The translations under genes were made by a program, and so were the position numbers. Under the pieces are notes generated by a model, which saw nothing but the letters and a program-made list of their open reading frames with translations, was not told where the DNA came from and made no database searches. DNA of 61,938 nucleotides, filler included, from Choristocarpus tenellus KU-1152 (taxonomy: Eukaryota; Protista; Phaeophyceae), in NCBI GenBank assembly GCA_964200185.2. It is 6 parts of 6 records of this genome, joined end to end, with 100 filler letters (N's around TTAATTAATTAA, not from the genome) between each part and the next. Parts side by side here need not be neighbours in the genome. Positions count along the whole stretch, not along the records: positions 1 to 18,262 come from CAXNAD020000572.1; 5 more parts are not named here. One strand, given 5' to 3'. Shown here one piece after another: positions 1-13,500 of the stretch (position 1 is the first letter of the stretch; every line of letters starts with the position of its first letter).

Positions 1-2080
1 CCCCCCCCCCCGTGCACACACACACACACACACACACACATTTGTTAAAAGTATGTGTTCATATTCTGTGAAAATCAGTGTGTATAATGTGTGTCCTGTG
101 TGAGTGCTCCTCAAAGCAAAATCTCGTGTGTTGATGTATGGTGCAAAGTAGCCCCTTTACCACAATTCCTGAAACATAAAACACCGTGTCCCAGACCCCA
201 CTCCCTGCTCCCATACATACCATGTAATTCCAAGTGTAGGGTGTAGACCATCTACTTTGTATGTCCTTACGTCCGTATATGCATTACCAGTACAGGAGTA
301 TTGCCCTCGCATGTGTCTGCACGCGCCTGTCCATGTCATGCAGTCTTTCTAAAAAGGAAACAAAAAAAATCAGTACCCCTGAGGAACGGGCCGGCTCTAA
401 CGAGCTCTCTATTGATTGCTTATCATTGTTAAGTGACTTTCCTGCCTATCACGTGTCTGTTTGGCACCCCCTGCTCTAGTGCCACATTGCAGTTAGCGGG
501 GCTCTTGGTCTCATGGACAGGCGCCTCCACTTGACCTCGTCAAGTATGCGCTCTGCGCTGGCTCTATTGACTCCGTGCTTACACTTGAGCTGCTGTTGGG
601 TGCCTGATCTTTGGTCCCACGCGTCTGCTCATTGGCATATTTCGCCTCTGGCACCCTCTTCCATCATTAACATCCCTCGACTGTCCTACTTAGGGTTAGG
701 ATTAGGATTAGGGTGTGCTACGTGGTGAGAGTGCTTTTTACGCACTTTGGTTGATTGTGGGCAAATTACCACGTCATCGAGGAGTCGAAGCTGCAAGCAA
801 GAATAGGTCATGTCTATCTTCAGGGAGGCACAGAGAGAGAGAGAGCAGAGAACCACCCTGCGGCCCTCTTGAGATTGCTTGCTATTGGCATGCTTAGCAA
901 TCAACTCTGGTGCCTCTGTCGTTGGCTCCCTCCCTCCCTCCCTCCCTCCCACTCAGTTGTACTTTTGAACGCCGTGAGTGGTCCATGCCCATCCCGGAGA
1001 GGTCAATATAAATAATGCTCTGCAGTATTAAGCATGCAGAAGTGTGCTGTGTCTCAGTATGTACATACTTTGTATTGTGTATCTTGCAGCAGTGCTCTTG
1101 AAAGGAAATCTTTGCATGTTGAGTTTTTTGTTCGGAAAACCAGGAAGGCGTGATGTACATTTTTTTGTTTCTCCGTTTCGGTAGGAACCTGGATTTCGTA
1201 AGCAAAAAACGTCCAGTGGCAAGTAATGCACCACCCCCTTGATGAACCTCAAGCCACGCACCAGGTATTCCCAGAGTATTTCTACATAGCAACGCATGTA
1301 GCTCATCCGCTGAGCTTAGCTATGGAAAAGTGAAACTGCACATTTTTTTGCCTAAATTGCATTGTCCCTGAAAGATGGGTATTCAGTTTGGGAGAGATGG
1401 AGCACAAACTGGTAGTGCTATTCTTCCGATAGGTACTATCATCAAACTCACAGTGGGAACCCACCCTTCCACTGCCCCCCCCGCTCATCCTTCAAATTCT
1501 TCATCCCATCCTATGTGTTTCTGTTGCAAAATGCCCTTTTTATTTATTTACACCACGCATTGTCCTGCTACCTGGTATACCTGGTATCTCGTTTCGTTCT
1601 ATTTTTTCTCAATCCGCCAACCCACATAGTATCCTGTTTTTATCCTGGCATGTCCTGTACCTATCCTGTTCTGTAACAGTACACTGTACTAATCCCAACA
1701 GGAATTGATCCAATAGTGGTAGGAATAATTCTAATTTAATGGGGGTAGTGACGAGGAACAAGCAAAGGGTATGCACCTCACATGTGCCAATGGAATGCCG
1801 TGTTTGTTGGTCAGGCTATCATCAAGACACTTTAGAACTGGATTTAGTTCGCAGTGAGGTGTACCTGTGTAAGAGGCGGTTGTCGATGTGAGGTGGATGC
1901 TGTCACCTCGTGTCAAGATTCTGACTTTATTTGTTTTTTTTTATTCTTGAGAATTTTGCGAGAGTTGCGACGTCGCGATACATCAAATGAAAGCTGGGGT
2001 CGTATGGGTTCGTATCCTGTTGAATTTTGGAATTTAATATAGCGTAGATTTGTTTTTATCCGATCAAGAGACAACAGTCG

Positions 2081-3815
2081 CTTCCTTCATTCAGAATTAA
2101 ATTTGACACAACTTTTGCGAGCTCCGTTCTCGTCTGGGAATGACCCATTTGTCGAACCCTCTGGACAAGGCTCCGGTATGATATATACATTGGGAAGCGT
2201 GCAAAGTTTGAGATGGTGGGCTGTCATGACTATGGAGGATCACCAGTGCGAAATCGACCAAGTCACATTTGACGTTGTTCAATAACCTTGTGAAACTGTC
2301 AAAGCTGGTGTTTATTGGGATGATGTCGATTTAAAACTGGACAAAGGCACCCCGTCGTTCGAGCGGGTCACTCATCCCATTATCGCCCGTTGTTCCCCTC
2401 CTCACCCCAGAAGTTTGTTGTCTGGGGTTAGGGATCCAATACCCAATGAAGAACGACACTTTGGCAGGATGCCTGGAGGTGAGAGGGTGCAAGACTCGGA
2501 CACTTCGGGGGACGCCGTTGGGCTTCAGAATTTCCAGAATCACCATGATCCATCATCTGAAGGAGTATGACAGTCAGGATAACACGGGATAATGTATGGA
2601 CCTTGTATGACGTTGCAAGGGGCAATGGCAATGTGACCATTGTGCAAGAATTCTTGATGTTTGGGGTGTACGATCAGTACACCACACAACCTTCCTTCGG
2701 TGGGGCAACCAAAGCTGGGGTCTCCCTTGCCTTGTTGTGGGATCTGTGTAAAGGAAAGAAGGTCAAGCAGTGGAGTAAGTCAGTCCTCTCAGACCAGCAG
2801 AAAGTCAACAAGGTGGATATTTTCTAATCAGCCGCACATAGAGGAGGGGGGAGAGTGGGGTATTAGTGGACGAGAAGTGGTTTTACATCCTCAAAGATAG
2901 GGAAGGGGTGTACCTGCACCCCACTGAGAACCCCCCAAAACCCCCATGAGCACGGAATAAGTGTTACATTACAAAGGTGGTGTTTCTTGCAGCTGTGGCT
3001 GGCCCTAGGAACCTCACCAATGGGAATGGGTTCGATGGGAAAATTGGGATCTGGTCAATCATTGACACTACGGTCGCTCAGTGCTCCAGCAAACACCGCC
3101 CCAAGGGCACAAAGGTGCTTGTTCCAGCCACAGTGGACGAGGAGAGGTATAAGAAGGTCATGACCGAGGAAGTCATCCTGGCAATCAAGGTCCACATGCC
3201 TAGGCCAGAAGGACACACCATCTTTGTACAGCAAGATGAGGCAAGGCCACACACCAAGGGGGGGAACATGGAGGCAATCGAGGCGACAGGGGACGACATT
3301 GTCATAGAGACCCACCCAGCCAGCCAACTCGCCTGACCTCAACAGAAATGACCTGGGATTCTTTCAATACAGCAACTGAGGAAAGACGTGACCCAACACA
3401 GAGGAGCTGGTGGAGGTCACAATGGAGGCATTTGATGTGTATCTCTCTGGGAGACCTAGAGCGCATCTGGCAGAGCCTCTTTGCAATTTACGGTGAAGTG
3501 CTGGGGTCCAAGGTTGACATCTCCAAAATTCCCCATCTTAGCAATGAAAAGGTTGAGAAGACGAGCAAGCTCCCCCTGAATGCCCCAGTGAATGTCGTGA
3601 AGTACTGTAGTGGAATGGAGTTTTTGGAGGGCTTTAGAGGCAGAATTATACATAGGTGCAGGCTGCCCCATTTTGGTTGAGGTTTTGGTGGACATCCTTT
3701 TGGTGTCTGCACAATACACCCATAAAATATGAACATGTGAAAAATAAAAATAAAATCGTGGTTCTTCGTTGGGGCTGCAAAAGTCTTGTTACTTTTAATT
3801 CCAAAACGGAGGAAG
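2081..3815 (+). mobile_element. Decayed Tc1/mariner (plant/stramenopile MLE-type) DNA transposon with both TIRs
   Basis: Right end ...CCAAAACGGAGGAAG followed by TA resembles the mariner/Stowaway CTCCCTCCGT terminus. Its reverse complement (CTTCCTCCGTTTTGGAATTAAAAGTAACAAGACTTTTGC) aligns with the sequence from 2081 (CTTCCTTCATTCAGAATTAAATTTGACACAACTTTTGC). The TIRs enclose transposase remnants. Confidence 0.8.
2430..3620 (+). pseudogene. Mariner-like DDD transposase pseudogene
   Basis: Motifs in order: two HTH-like segments, LSDQQK, VDEKWFY (2869), KVVFLAAVAGPR..FDGKIGIW..SSKHRPKG, IFVQQDEARPH, (Q)PANSPDLNRNDLGFF, LERIWQSLF..KIPHL. Interrupted by an in-frame TGA (~2947) and several frameshifts. 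Confidence 0.9.
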
Positions 3816-4481
3816 TAGATACAATGGGTGCAAGATGATTTCAGTGTCTGAGTCACAAATCCACATTCCAAGCTTCAGTTGGGTATGTTCACCCTCTGAT
3901 AATATGCTTGTCTTCTCGGTATCAAAATCAAGTGCAGAGAGCGGTCTTGGGTTGTTGCGCAGATGTCCAATCGCGTGCAGATCTGCGCGCTGTGCGCACG
4001 ATACTTTTCTGAAATTGTAGATTCTAGCGTAGGAGCGACAAGAATTAAATTTATTGATTTATTGATTTTATTTTTTTGCTCCACTCTGCCAGAGTTATAA
4101 CCAAAAGAGGATGACTGCAGTCAAGTTTTTTTTATTTTTCAAGACTTCCGCTTTCGAAAGTGTTTGCGACAAGTGTTGGCATGAGTCGAGTGCGTTGCTC
4201 TTATTGGAAAAGAGTTGCATACCATCATCAGCAGTCGACTCTACGCTGTCACATCCTCCCACCAATCGTACATTTTTTGTTGGTACAAGTCGGGGATATC
4301 CTTGAGCAGTCTGTGGCTCGTCAAGAAGGTAGCCAGCCCTTGGTTGAAGTATTGCCTTGTACCTTGATTAGAACATTACATTTGTGCTGCGTAACCTCAC
4401 TCACCATACCCCCTCACTTCAATCTCGCCATCTTGGAACATGGCTCCTGTATGCAACACATGAACTGTAAATGTGACACAG

Positions 4482-4781
4482 GGTCGGGTCCTTCTCCTCA
4501 TAGTGCATGGAGTGATCCACCTCCTGGGTTATGACCATGAGACCGACAAGGACTACGAGACAATGGTGACGGTGGAAGAGATGGTACTGAATGAGTTGCC
4601 TTGGGTGGCAACTGGAATGGGCCTAGCCAAGTGGAAGGAGGAAGAGGCTTCTCTTGAAGAGGGATTACTTTTGGACCCAGAGGATGAGGAGTCAGGGGAT
4701 GAAGAGTTGCAGCATGAAGTCCGTTCTGATGGGAGGAAGGAGCAGGTCACAGGGACGGAGGTCAAGGGAGGAGATACATGA
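4482..4781 (+). CDS. YBEY: YbeY endoribonuclease-like, C-terminal exon only
   Basis: After an ACAG acceptor: GRVLLLIVHGVIHLLGYDHETDKDYETMVTVEEMVL, containing the YbeY HGxxHxxGxDH metal-binding signature, then an acidic tail. No upstream exons recognised in the window. Confidence 0.7.
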   Translation, partial: GRVLLLIVHGVIHLLGYDHETDKDYETMVTVEEMVLNELPWVATGMGLAKWKEEEASLEEGLLLDPEDEESGDEELQHEVRSDGRKEQVTGTEVKGGDT

Positions 4782-7700
4782 GAAGATCGATTAATTAGTA
4801 AGTAAGAACAATACCTAGACAGGTAAGGGCTTGGCAGGCACAAGTGGGGAATTCAGAGGGTTCATCTTGTACTGTATGGCACGTGGCTTGAGAAAGGGCT
4901 TGCTCACCTCGTGGATGAAGTGATGCCTGAGGAACATGCCAGTAAGTTTGTATGGAAGAACAACCTATTTTCACTGTACCTGTGTGTGCAGGGCAACTGC
5001 CTGGGATTGCAAACATGTTCATGAGGGAATGGAATGAAACTCTCTCACTTGTACTTCTAGGTGGGGAATGTTCCTGGTTGCTATTTGCACCCGCATAATT
5101 TTCTGCCAAGCATGGAGGTAACAGCAGTATTTGTGTTCCTTCCTCTCCTTGTCTAACTCACAATTCCTTTGTGCAGCTCGCCTCCTTGCCTGCTAAGAGC
5201 TATGAAAAGGTAGAAAACCGCGGTCACTGCGATTTGTTTGATGGTGTAATTCATTCAACACACTGGCGTGTTGTATTGACGAATGCATGCCGTGAAGAAA
5301 AGTTGCAGGCAATGGTTGAATTACACCTGTTTAATGTTTCATTGCTACTTTTTCCCCCTGACATTTTACACATACTGTCTGTCATCAAGGGGATAAGAAG
5401 AAACACCTACGGCGAGAGAACATAATAAACATGACAACCGTAGAGTCTGTATTGCTACAGTACACAGGCCTTCTGATTTACCACTCTAAATGACAGTTTT
5501 AATCATTTGTTGGGATCCTAGGCGCGAAATTTCGACTTCGCACTCTCTTCTGTACCCTTTCTTCACCACCAGAGGCATGATTTCCTGCAGTGTCTGAGAC
5601 TGACTACTGTGGCTCATTCATATCTTGACTTGTTTTAAACCAAGGGCTTGACCATGAAGAGCAAGGATGGATCCATTGTGATACTCTTTTTTGCCCCTCG
5701 TTTGTTATTCTTTCAAATTACATCAGACGTGGTCATAGCATTCTTGAGATGTCACTGAGGGAGAGAAGGTACATACTCAGAAATGCAAGAGACACGGTGT
5801 TGGTCCTGTGTGTGTCTTCTAAGAGAAGTACAAATAACTGAAAAACCGAATTTTTTCATTAATGATCTCATTTATTTCAAAAAATTCAACTCAATTCAAT
5901 TACTACACTGTTGCAACAGAAATCAAAAGCAAAACTGGATACAGTTAAGCTGTCATGGTTTGCAACGCTACATTTTTGTGACCCTGTAAAGATGACAAAC
6001 CCAAATCTACTCAGGCAACCAATTTCACTCATGTCTGTTTGATTTCTTCAGGTTTTTTTCATTTTTTATGGGTGTGCTGCCACTGCAACCCCGAGCAGGT
6101 GCATGGTATGGTCGAAGGAAGTCCTTCTGGATGATCTCACCTGCGGGCTTGATTGAGTCATACAATAAAGTGCAAAAGTCGCCACCCCAAATTTCACTCG
6201 GCATTGAGCATGTCATCTATCTTTGTGCATGACAGTGATGAATCATATGCCCTTCGAAGGATTATCCATTCCTGAACTCTACTTGGCCAAACATACATGA
6301 ACATATCGTAACACCTCACACATCCTGTAGCTACAATTCCTATCGAAAACTCCTCAAACACTTGTCACCCCTTCCATATATACTGCTATAAATAATACAA
6401 CTATCACAAAGCAGTGTTGTAACAGATTCACCCAGTTATACTATCTACCTTCAACTTCAGTTTCTTTGTGTGACATGTGATGGGTGATCTTTTTCGGCTT
6501 TGGTGAATCTGGTATGACTCATGTCTTGTATGTAATCGTACATTATTCCTAGGTTCCCTTCGTTACCCTCGCACATATATTGGATTCCTTCTCGTCTCTC
6601 TCTTTTCTTGGCTTATTTCTACTCTTTTTTTTCTGTTGTGTTCCTCTCTTCTTCTGTAGTAGTACTAGTTGTATTTATCAATCTTCAAACAGTATGTATT
6701 ACCTTCTTCTGACCACCTTTCCACCACGGATCTGATACCCCTCAGAATAATCTTAACAAATGGTTTTTTAAACAGTAATGAGGAATAATGCGGTGTGTAT
6801 GTAGTACTAAAAACATCTGACCACAGGTCAGAATACTCCCCTGACAAAAGTGGACACAAATCATTTCTATTATTTACATTTTAACATGAATGATATTCAA
6901 TCGTCTGGACCGTGGATGTTACGGAGTAGTAGTATCAGATTATTCAGCAAAAGTAAGGCAATGTTCAGGGTAAAGGACGTTAAAGAGCAAACAACCCCAA
7001 GTGTTGTCGAGACAACATACGTTCAGGAGCATACGGACCCAAGTGTTTGCTGGACAAAAGGACATCATTGTAGAGAAAACGGACTTAATCGTTTGTTGGA
7101 CAACAGACACTATAAAGTCAGTAACACGGGGGCGTACATTCATTTCCCGTTTTTGCTTCATTTCTTCTTACTCCTTTCAGTGAAATCGATTCACTTTATT
7201 TATTGCTGCGCCTGCTTCACAAGATCAACTAATAACTTGTCAAATACAAATCTTGGATGGTCAAGGGAGTAGTTCTCAACATTGGACGTTACAGGGTAAA
7301 TGAGCTCAGCCATTTTGCTGGACAACGGGATTTATAGAGCAAATAAATGGTACCAAAGGTTATCCTAACAACAAAATGGTAAGCACGGGCGTAGATAGTA
7401 CTAGAGATAACACGTGGTGGAGCAAATTAACAGGCTCAAGCATTATGATACATATCACAGACATTGTAGACCGCTGGTCCCAGAACATGTCCTCATAACA
7501 GAAGTTACATAGTAAATCGCCCCTAACACTGTATGTAATGAACAACTGACGTTATCTCCCAGGTATAATAGCGGAACATTCTAGAGTGATAATATCCACA
7601 TCAGATAGTATCTTTGCCTTTGTCAGAAGATACAGTGATCTTTGGGGGTAATTCTGCTCTCATTTTGTCTTGCCTTTCTTACCATGGGTCTGAGCATGTG

Positions 7701-9982
7701 ATATGTTGCTTCTTTCTCCGTAACAACCAACATCTGCAAAGGCGCCGTTACATCATGTATCAAACTAGTGTTTTGTTGATATGTCATCAACATTTGGACT
7801 TTCCATCATCTGACTGGCAACTAACCAGGTCGGCCCAGGGGGACTGGGGTTGAAGCGCCAACAAGTTGGTCAATAAACTTTGCTGAAGGCCCTGGCCCAG
7901 CCCCATTGTATGATACCTTACCCAGACTGGACTCAGTGTCGACCGTCTTTTTCTGAGGCTATTGTACAAGCCATCGGTTTGGTAAATAATTCTGGCCACC
8001 GTCACCCCTGGTTCTTTCTCCATCATGCATGGTGGGTTTGCTCCAACCATATCCTATACCATGGCCTCATCTCGTGGGTGTACACTCACACCCTTCCAGA
8101 AATGACAACAGGATAGTGGTAGTGACAACTACATAATCCGAAGTATCTGACTATCATTTCACAGTACAGAACTTATACCTGGTGAAAGAGGTACAATCAC
8201 ATAGCATTGCAATGCATCACCATGTAGTTCTTTATATTAGAATAATCTAGTAGGAGGGGGAAATAGTTTGGGCAGGTATGGGGTTCGCATGTACCTGCAC
8301 TGGTCAGAGAAGTTCTGGGATGACACCTGATAGTCAAAAACAGGTAATGAGGATCTTGGCACGTCACTTTGGTGTTGGTGGGAAACATCTGCAAAATATC
8401 AGTGGGCATAACATAATATCATGTCACTAAGCAGCATACAGTTGTAATATTCTACGCAGTTACATATTCAACAGTAGTCAGAGATGGTTAATAAAATGGA
8501 ACCTCTTCTTATCTGTGGAAATAATAGCAAATCAGGAGATAGAGTGAAAGTCCATCTATACGACAGAAACACAATAATGACGACACTGAGTCAGAATAAG
8601 TAAATGAAACAAAAAAGTGTCGAAAGCAATGGAAGAACTGCATGGTTCAAACTTCTCTCCCATGTGCAAGTGCTGATATCTCCTCGATTCACCTCATGAT
8701 CCCAGTCATAATTTGTGTGCTGCAGCTTTATTGGCTGAAACTTATACTTGAATTATTATATGTTAAATATTTCATGGATTGGCAGCACCTCGTGTTGCTC
8801 TCAAGTTGACTTGCTCACTAATGGAGGCCTTCGCAAAACCTAAATATATATATATATATATATATCCATTACCCTCTCCTCCTGTCTGCACAATAACACA
8901 AAACGCTAGTATGTCTAATCCCATTTATTCCCCTCTCTTATGTTTATATCTTCGCAATAATAATTACAACAACAAATTTAGCTCCATCTCTCTACGCACA
9001 CAAAACTCACTTTGCCCCCCATTGTATCCGGTTAGCGCTCACATAACCATTTCCTTTCTGCCCAGTCAACCTGACAGAACCCATAACACCCAATTCAATT
9101 ATCACATTCTCATATTTCGTTTCACACCAGCTACACTGCCCCCCTAATTCGATAGTAATAGTTTCTTCAATTCAGCATCAAACCATCCAAAAAACCAACA
9201 CTGTCCACTTCTATTATGTTTTTTTTTTCCTACTGAGACCGTCATTCAATAGTCAGAACTAATTCGATTCAGTACCAAAGTAGCCGAAAATTCAACATCT
9301 ACGTATTTACATTTGGATTCACAACGGCAACACTGAGGCTCTTCCAAATGAATCCGCCATTTAACAGTAGAGCACCAAAATCGATCGAGTAGCAGAAATT
9401 AAAGTCTCTGTCAACATACACAACATGAACAACTTCCCCTCTACATGTATAACATAAAAGATGTATTTCACAACTGCCATGTATGAGGGAGGGGAATTAT
9501 TGACAGCAGGGCCAACAATCTGATGCTAGCTCCATGGCCACTGTCACCAATCAACGCCCATCCAATACAAGTAAAACACACAACAGATGAGTGACTGAAC
9601 CAACAAGGCAAAACCTTATGGTGTCAAATCCACGTGAAATACTTACTGTTGCCAAAGCCCTCAAAATCATTGTCAATGTCTTGTTTGGCGCTCTCCATGA
9701 ATGGGATGCAACTTGAACCCACCATTACCAATTCGCGATTGGGATACTGTGTAAGCCAGCATTGCCAATTTATTTTCTTGTGCTAGCAGATTCCACCAGA
9801 AGGCTAGTATGCAACGCTTGTTCCTCTGTGTTTGCATTGCATAGAATTCCTGGAGGACAAACTCTCCTCAGCCTTACCACGTCCAAGACCAGCCATTATC
9901 CAGACACAAAGGAAACTTGCCATTTGTGTTCTTGAAGCTGGTCTGATTTTTCGTGATCACAAGCAAGTCAATCCCGAATTTG

Positions 9983-10510
9983 CTAACTCTCTTCCACTTG
10001 GAAGAAGCCTGGGGCCTCAGGGTCCATCTTGTCCACCGGGTACCTGGCCATGAATGGGTTCATGGGATAGTAGCCGCTCATATTGGGGGTCAAGAGGTAC
10101 CCACCCACCTGTGGAGCATAACCACCAAGGCCAGGCACTATGGTTCCGGGCATGCCAGGTATCATTGGACCATATCCAGGAAACATCCCCGCTAGCTGTG
10201 GGAGTATAAAGATAATAAGACAGGTATTCAAGGAAAGGAGAGGGGAGGGGATTCACTTTGCTTGAGGAGGATCACCACAACAATCACATGAGAAGTATGA
10301 AAAGTCCTCCATACAACGAATGACATACTGTGAAAAAAAAAAAGTCATTTCTCTAACGTACACAAAATGTCAGCCAATCCCACAAGAGCTTCAAAACGGG
10401 TTTTAATTAACCTGAACTTCTAAATTATGATGATGGACTACTCGGAGCTACTACACAGTACTACCTTTGGACTATGGAAGTTCTAAAGTACATATTTCAG
10501 TACACACAAG

Positions 10511-10566
<56 letters not shown>

Positions 10567-13500
10567 GTGTGTGTTATGTGTGTGTTATGTGTGTGTTATG
10601 TGTGTGTTATGTGTGTGTTATGTGTGTGTTATGTGTGTGTTATGTGTGTGTTCAGAGTGTGTACCAAAACACACCGTTCTTGTTGCAGATTTGAATACAA
10701 TGTATAGTACCTGCAAAAAAAATGTGCAGAAAGTAAAATGTTTCCAGAGCACAATCGAATTGTGTACTGCTTCTGGTATAACTGTGCTTTTCTCTAAGAT
10801 TCCAGCTTAAACAACAGCAATTACAATGCGAATGATTTTCATGTTCTACTGATACATATACGGTGGTTGCTGCTCTGGTCAACCAGTGGCGCCAGCCCAT
10901 ATCATCAGAAAATACACTTGATGACTCCTCGTTATATAGATAACGATGTGAAGGCTCTAAACTTCAGTGGTATATATAGTTCAAAACTAAACACACACAC
11001 GATTTAATCCATGGTACCTGCAGCTCCTGGAGCTCCCTCTGATGAAGGTAGAGATTTGCGTGGTGATTGCCAAACATGCCAAATGCTGGATGCTGATAAT
11101 GCTTTTGTGGGTAAGATTTCCGGGATCGTTCCAGAGGAAACGTGGAAACACACGCGCGCGCACACACACACACACAAGCAATGTAGAAGGAGGCAACGGG
11201 GTAGGATGAGACCATTACTCGCGTACTGTAGAGCACTTTCTTGTCATTCAAGCACTGCTGATTTAGTACTGAATATCACTCACGATGTAGGTCTAGAGAG
11301 ACATTCAGTAAGACAACATGAATGATGCATCAACCCCATTGCATTCTATGCCATATTTGTAAGTTGAACAACCAATGAAAAAATCGAGCGATGAAATAGG
11401 CCATTGGAACTACATGAACGTAACACCGTATTCCCATTTTTGAGCCCATGTCGATACCTTGGAGAATCCATCTATTGTACGTGTGATTGCTTGTATCCTA
11501 CGAATCTGATATGGAATGGCTAGCAATGCTAGAATGGAGGAACAAAGGTATCATCGCAACAACAAAAAAAAGCGTGCAATCCCCCCCTTGCCCCAGCCTG
11601 TCTCTCGACTGTTCTTGGTTGGTATTACTCGTGTCAGAATTTATGACAGCACTTTGAAAAGGGAACTCCCAAGGGATCCGAGATTTGCAAGCATCGATAC
11701 AAACCAAACATGTAAATAAACATCCAGTGAGCGCACGCACAACCCTCCATAATGGATCCTACACCGTACCAATGGAAGTCCACATTGGGTGGGATAGGGC
11801 CTTCTGGTGTCGGTGTCGGTGTCGATGTCGTTAGAGCTTTCAGTCGATGCATAGTCCTCTCCCTTGCCTGATGTCAATGTCCTTCACAGCACCATGGACC
11901 CAACAAATAAAATAAAAAAAGTCGAAAATGACAATTGGTGCACCAACGGGCATTGTATCACACAACAAAAGGAGTAAGAGGGACAGGGAAGGTGGAAAAG
12001 GTCATTGAGGGTGCACAAGAGGGACTGAACAGTGTATGTGCTGTAGTGATGCAGTAGTGAGTACATCGATAGGTAAACACGACAGCACAAGAGCAAACCA
12101 AAAAAAAAATGGAAAGTCGTGGAGGAAGTGCAGGCAGGGTGTGAAAAGAGGGAAGCATAACTCGTTTTGACCAGTAAGTGTTTGCTGAGCTTCTTCCGCT
12201 TTGTCAAGACTACATGTTACAAGTGTCCAACATCATGCTCAAGTCAGTCCAGCGCCAAATGCTACCGCTTACTTCTTGGTAGTAGTTTCTAATAAACAGC
12301 GCCTAGAAAAACGGTATCTTTGCCTTCCTATCTGCTTCCCCCCATGCAGGTAGAAGCCAGGTTAGCCCCCACTCCCTCATCGTATCTCCTACTTGTTCAT
12401 TCTCTTCCATACAGTCGTGGAGCCCTTCCCTCTCCTCAACTTGAACCTGTGCTCGACTTCTCACCTAAAGTGGCTTCTGCCAAGTTCCCCTCCCAGAGCC
12501 CTGTTGGGATTGCCTCGCTCAATGTAACCTTCAACAAGGATCTTCCCAGCTTCTTGCCCCTTGGAGTCATAAATAGAGTACCATCCATCCTTGGGTGTGC
12601 TGCCAAACGAACTGTGCCACATTTCATGGGTGGATTGGGCAAACAGCGCGGAAGAGATGAAAGTAAATTAAAGGTTTGTCTGGATTGGCTTTTCTGGTAA
12701 GGGATATAGGGATTCAGAGGTGAGGGGGCTGGGGACAAAGGAACTGGTTGCTGAGTTGACAGTGCCATGAATGCAAAAGTGAAGAAATTTAGTTGTAGTA
12801 TCCACAGTTTGTGCAGCTGAGGGCAAGCTACCTCTCTTGCATCTCTTAAGATTTGTATCATTCCAAGTTTAGTTGACCAACAGCCTCTGGGAACGGCAAG
12901 GAACAATTACTAAGATTTCGCAAATGTAAATGACCTGAGCATATGAATCAACTTCACAATATGATTGGCTAGAATTTCTGCGGCTACCTGTATAGTCTGA
13001 TTTTCGTAACAAAAAAATACACAACTCTTGTCTAGGAAGGCCTCTATAATAAGTAATACAAACTGTAATTTTGCTGTTCATGTCCTTTAATTGATAAAAA
13101 TGGACCCAAGCCAGAGAACGGGTAGCCCACAAAAAAAAATGAATGTTCCATGTCCACAGGGCCACAAAAGCAAAGGATGAAAAGTACAGATCACCTCTAA
13201 TCCCGCCTTAGTGCTTCATTCCTCGGCCAGTCCATCTTAGTCAGATCATAACAAATAGGTGGGTCAACCCTATCTAGTTGTGGAAGCAAAGTGTACAGAG
13301 TAAGGTGGTGAGGCAAGGTGGTAGGCAACACAGTTTAGCAGTAGATAGTGAAAGTGAATCTTAGCGTATGACATTAACACGCCTCAAGTGGGGAAGCCAC
13401 GTTATAAAATTCATGACTGGGGCCTGTAGTTTCTTCCGCTGTGTTTAATGCTTGTTTGTTTGCGCTCATTATTGATATCTCTTCGAACGTTCTTTCTACT

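Noticed and set aside
2567-2660. Ankyrin-like peptide (TRDNVWTLYDVARGNGNVTIVQEFL), suggesting gene capture by the mariner
   Set aside because: It occupies the position of the normal KGN-containing linker between the two transposase HTH segments and is better explained by frameshifted transposase.
5521-5529. E2F-like GGCGCGAAA motif (also ~18204)
   Set aside because: A short motif with no linked, defined TSS; could occur by chance.
10467-10810. Cys/Val-repeat ORFs (also ~24270-24628)
   Set aside because: Translations of GT/CA microsatellites within introns.
12320-12700. 126-aa plus-strand ORF and 156-aa minus-strand ORF
   Set aside because: Shadow frames of C2-gene exon 4, which lies in a different minus-strand frame.
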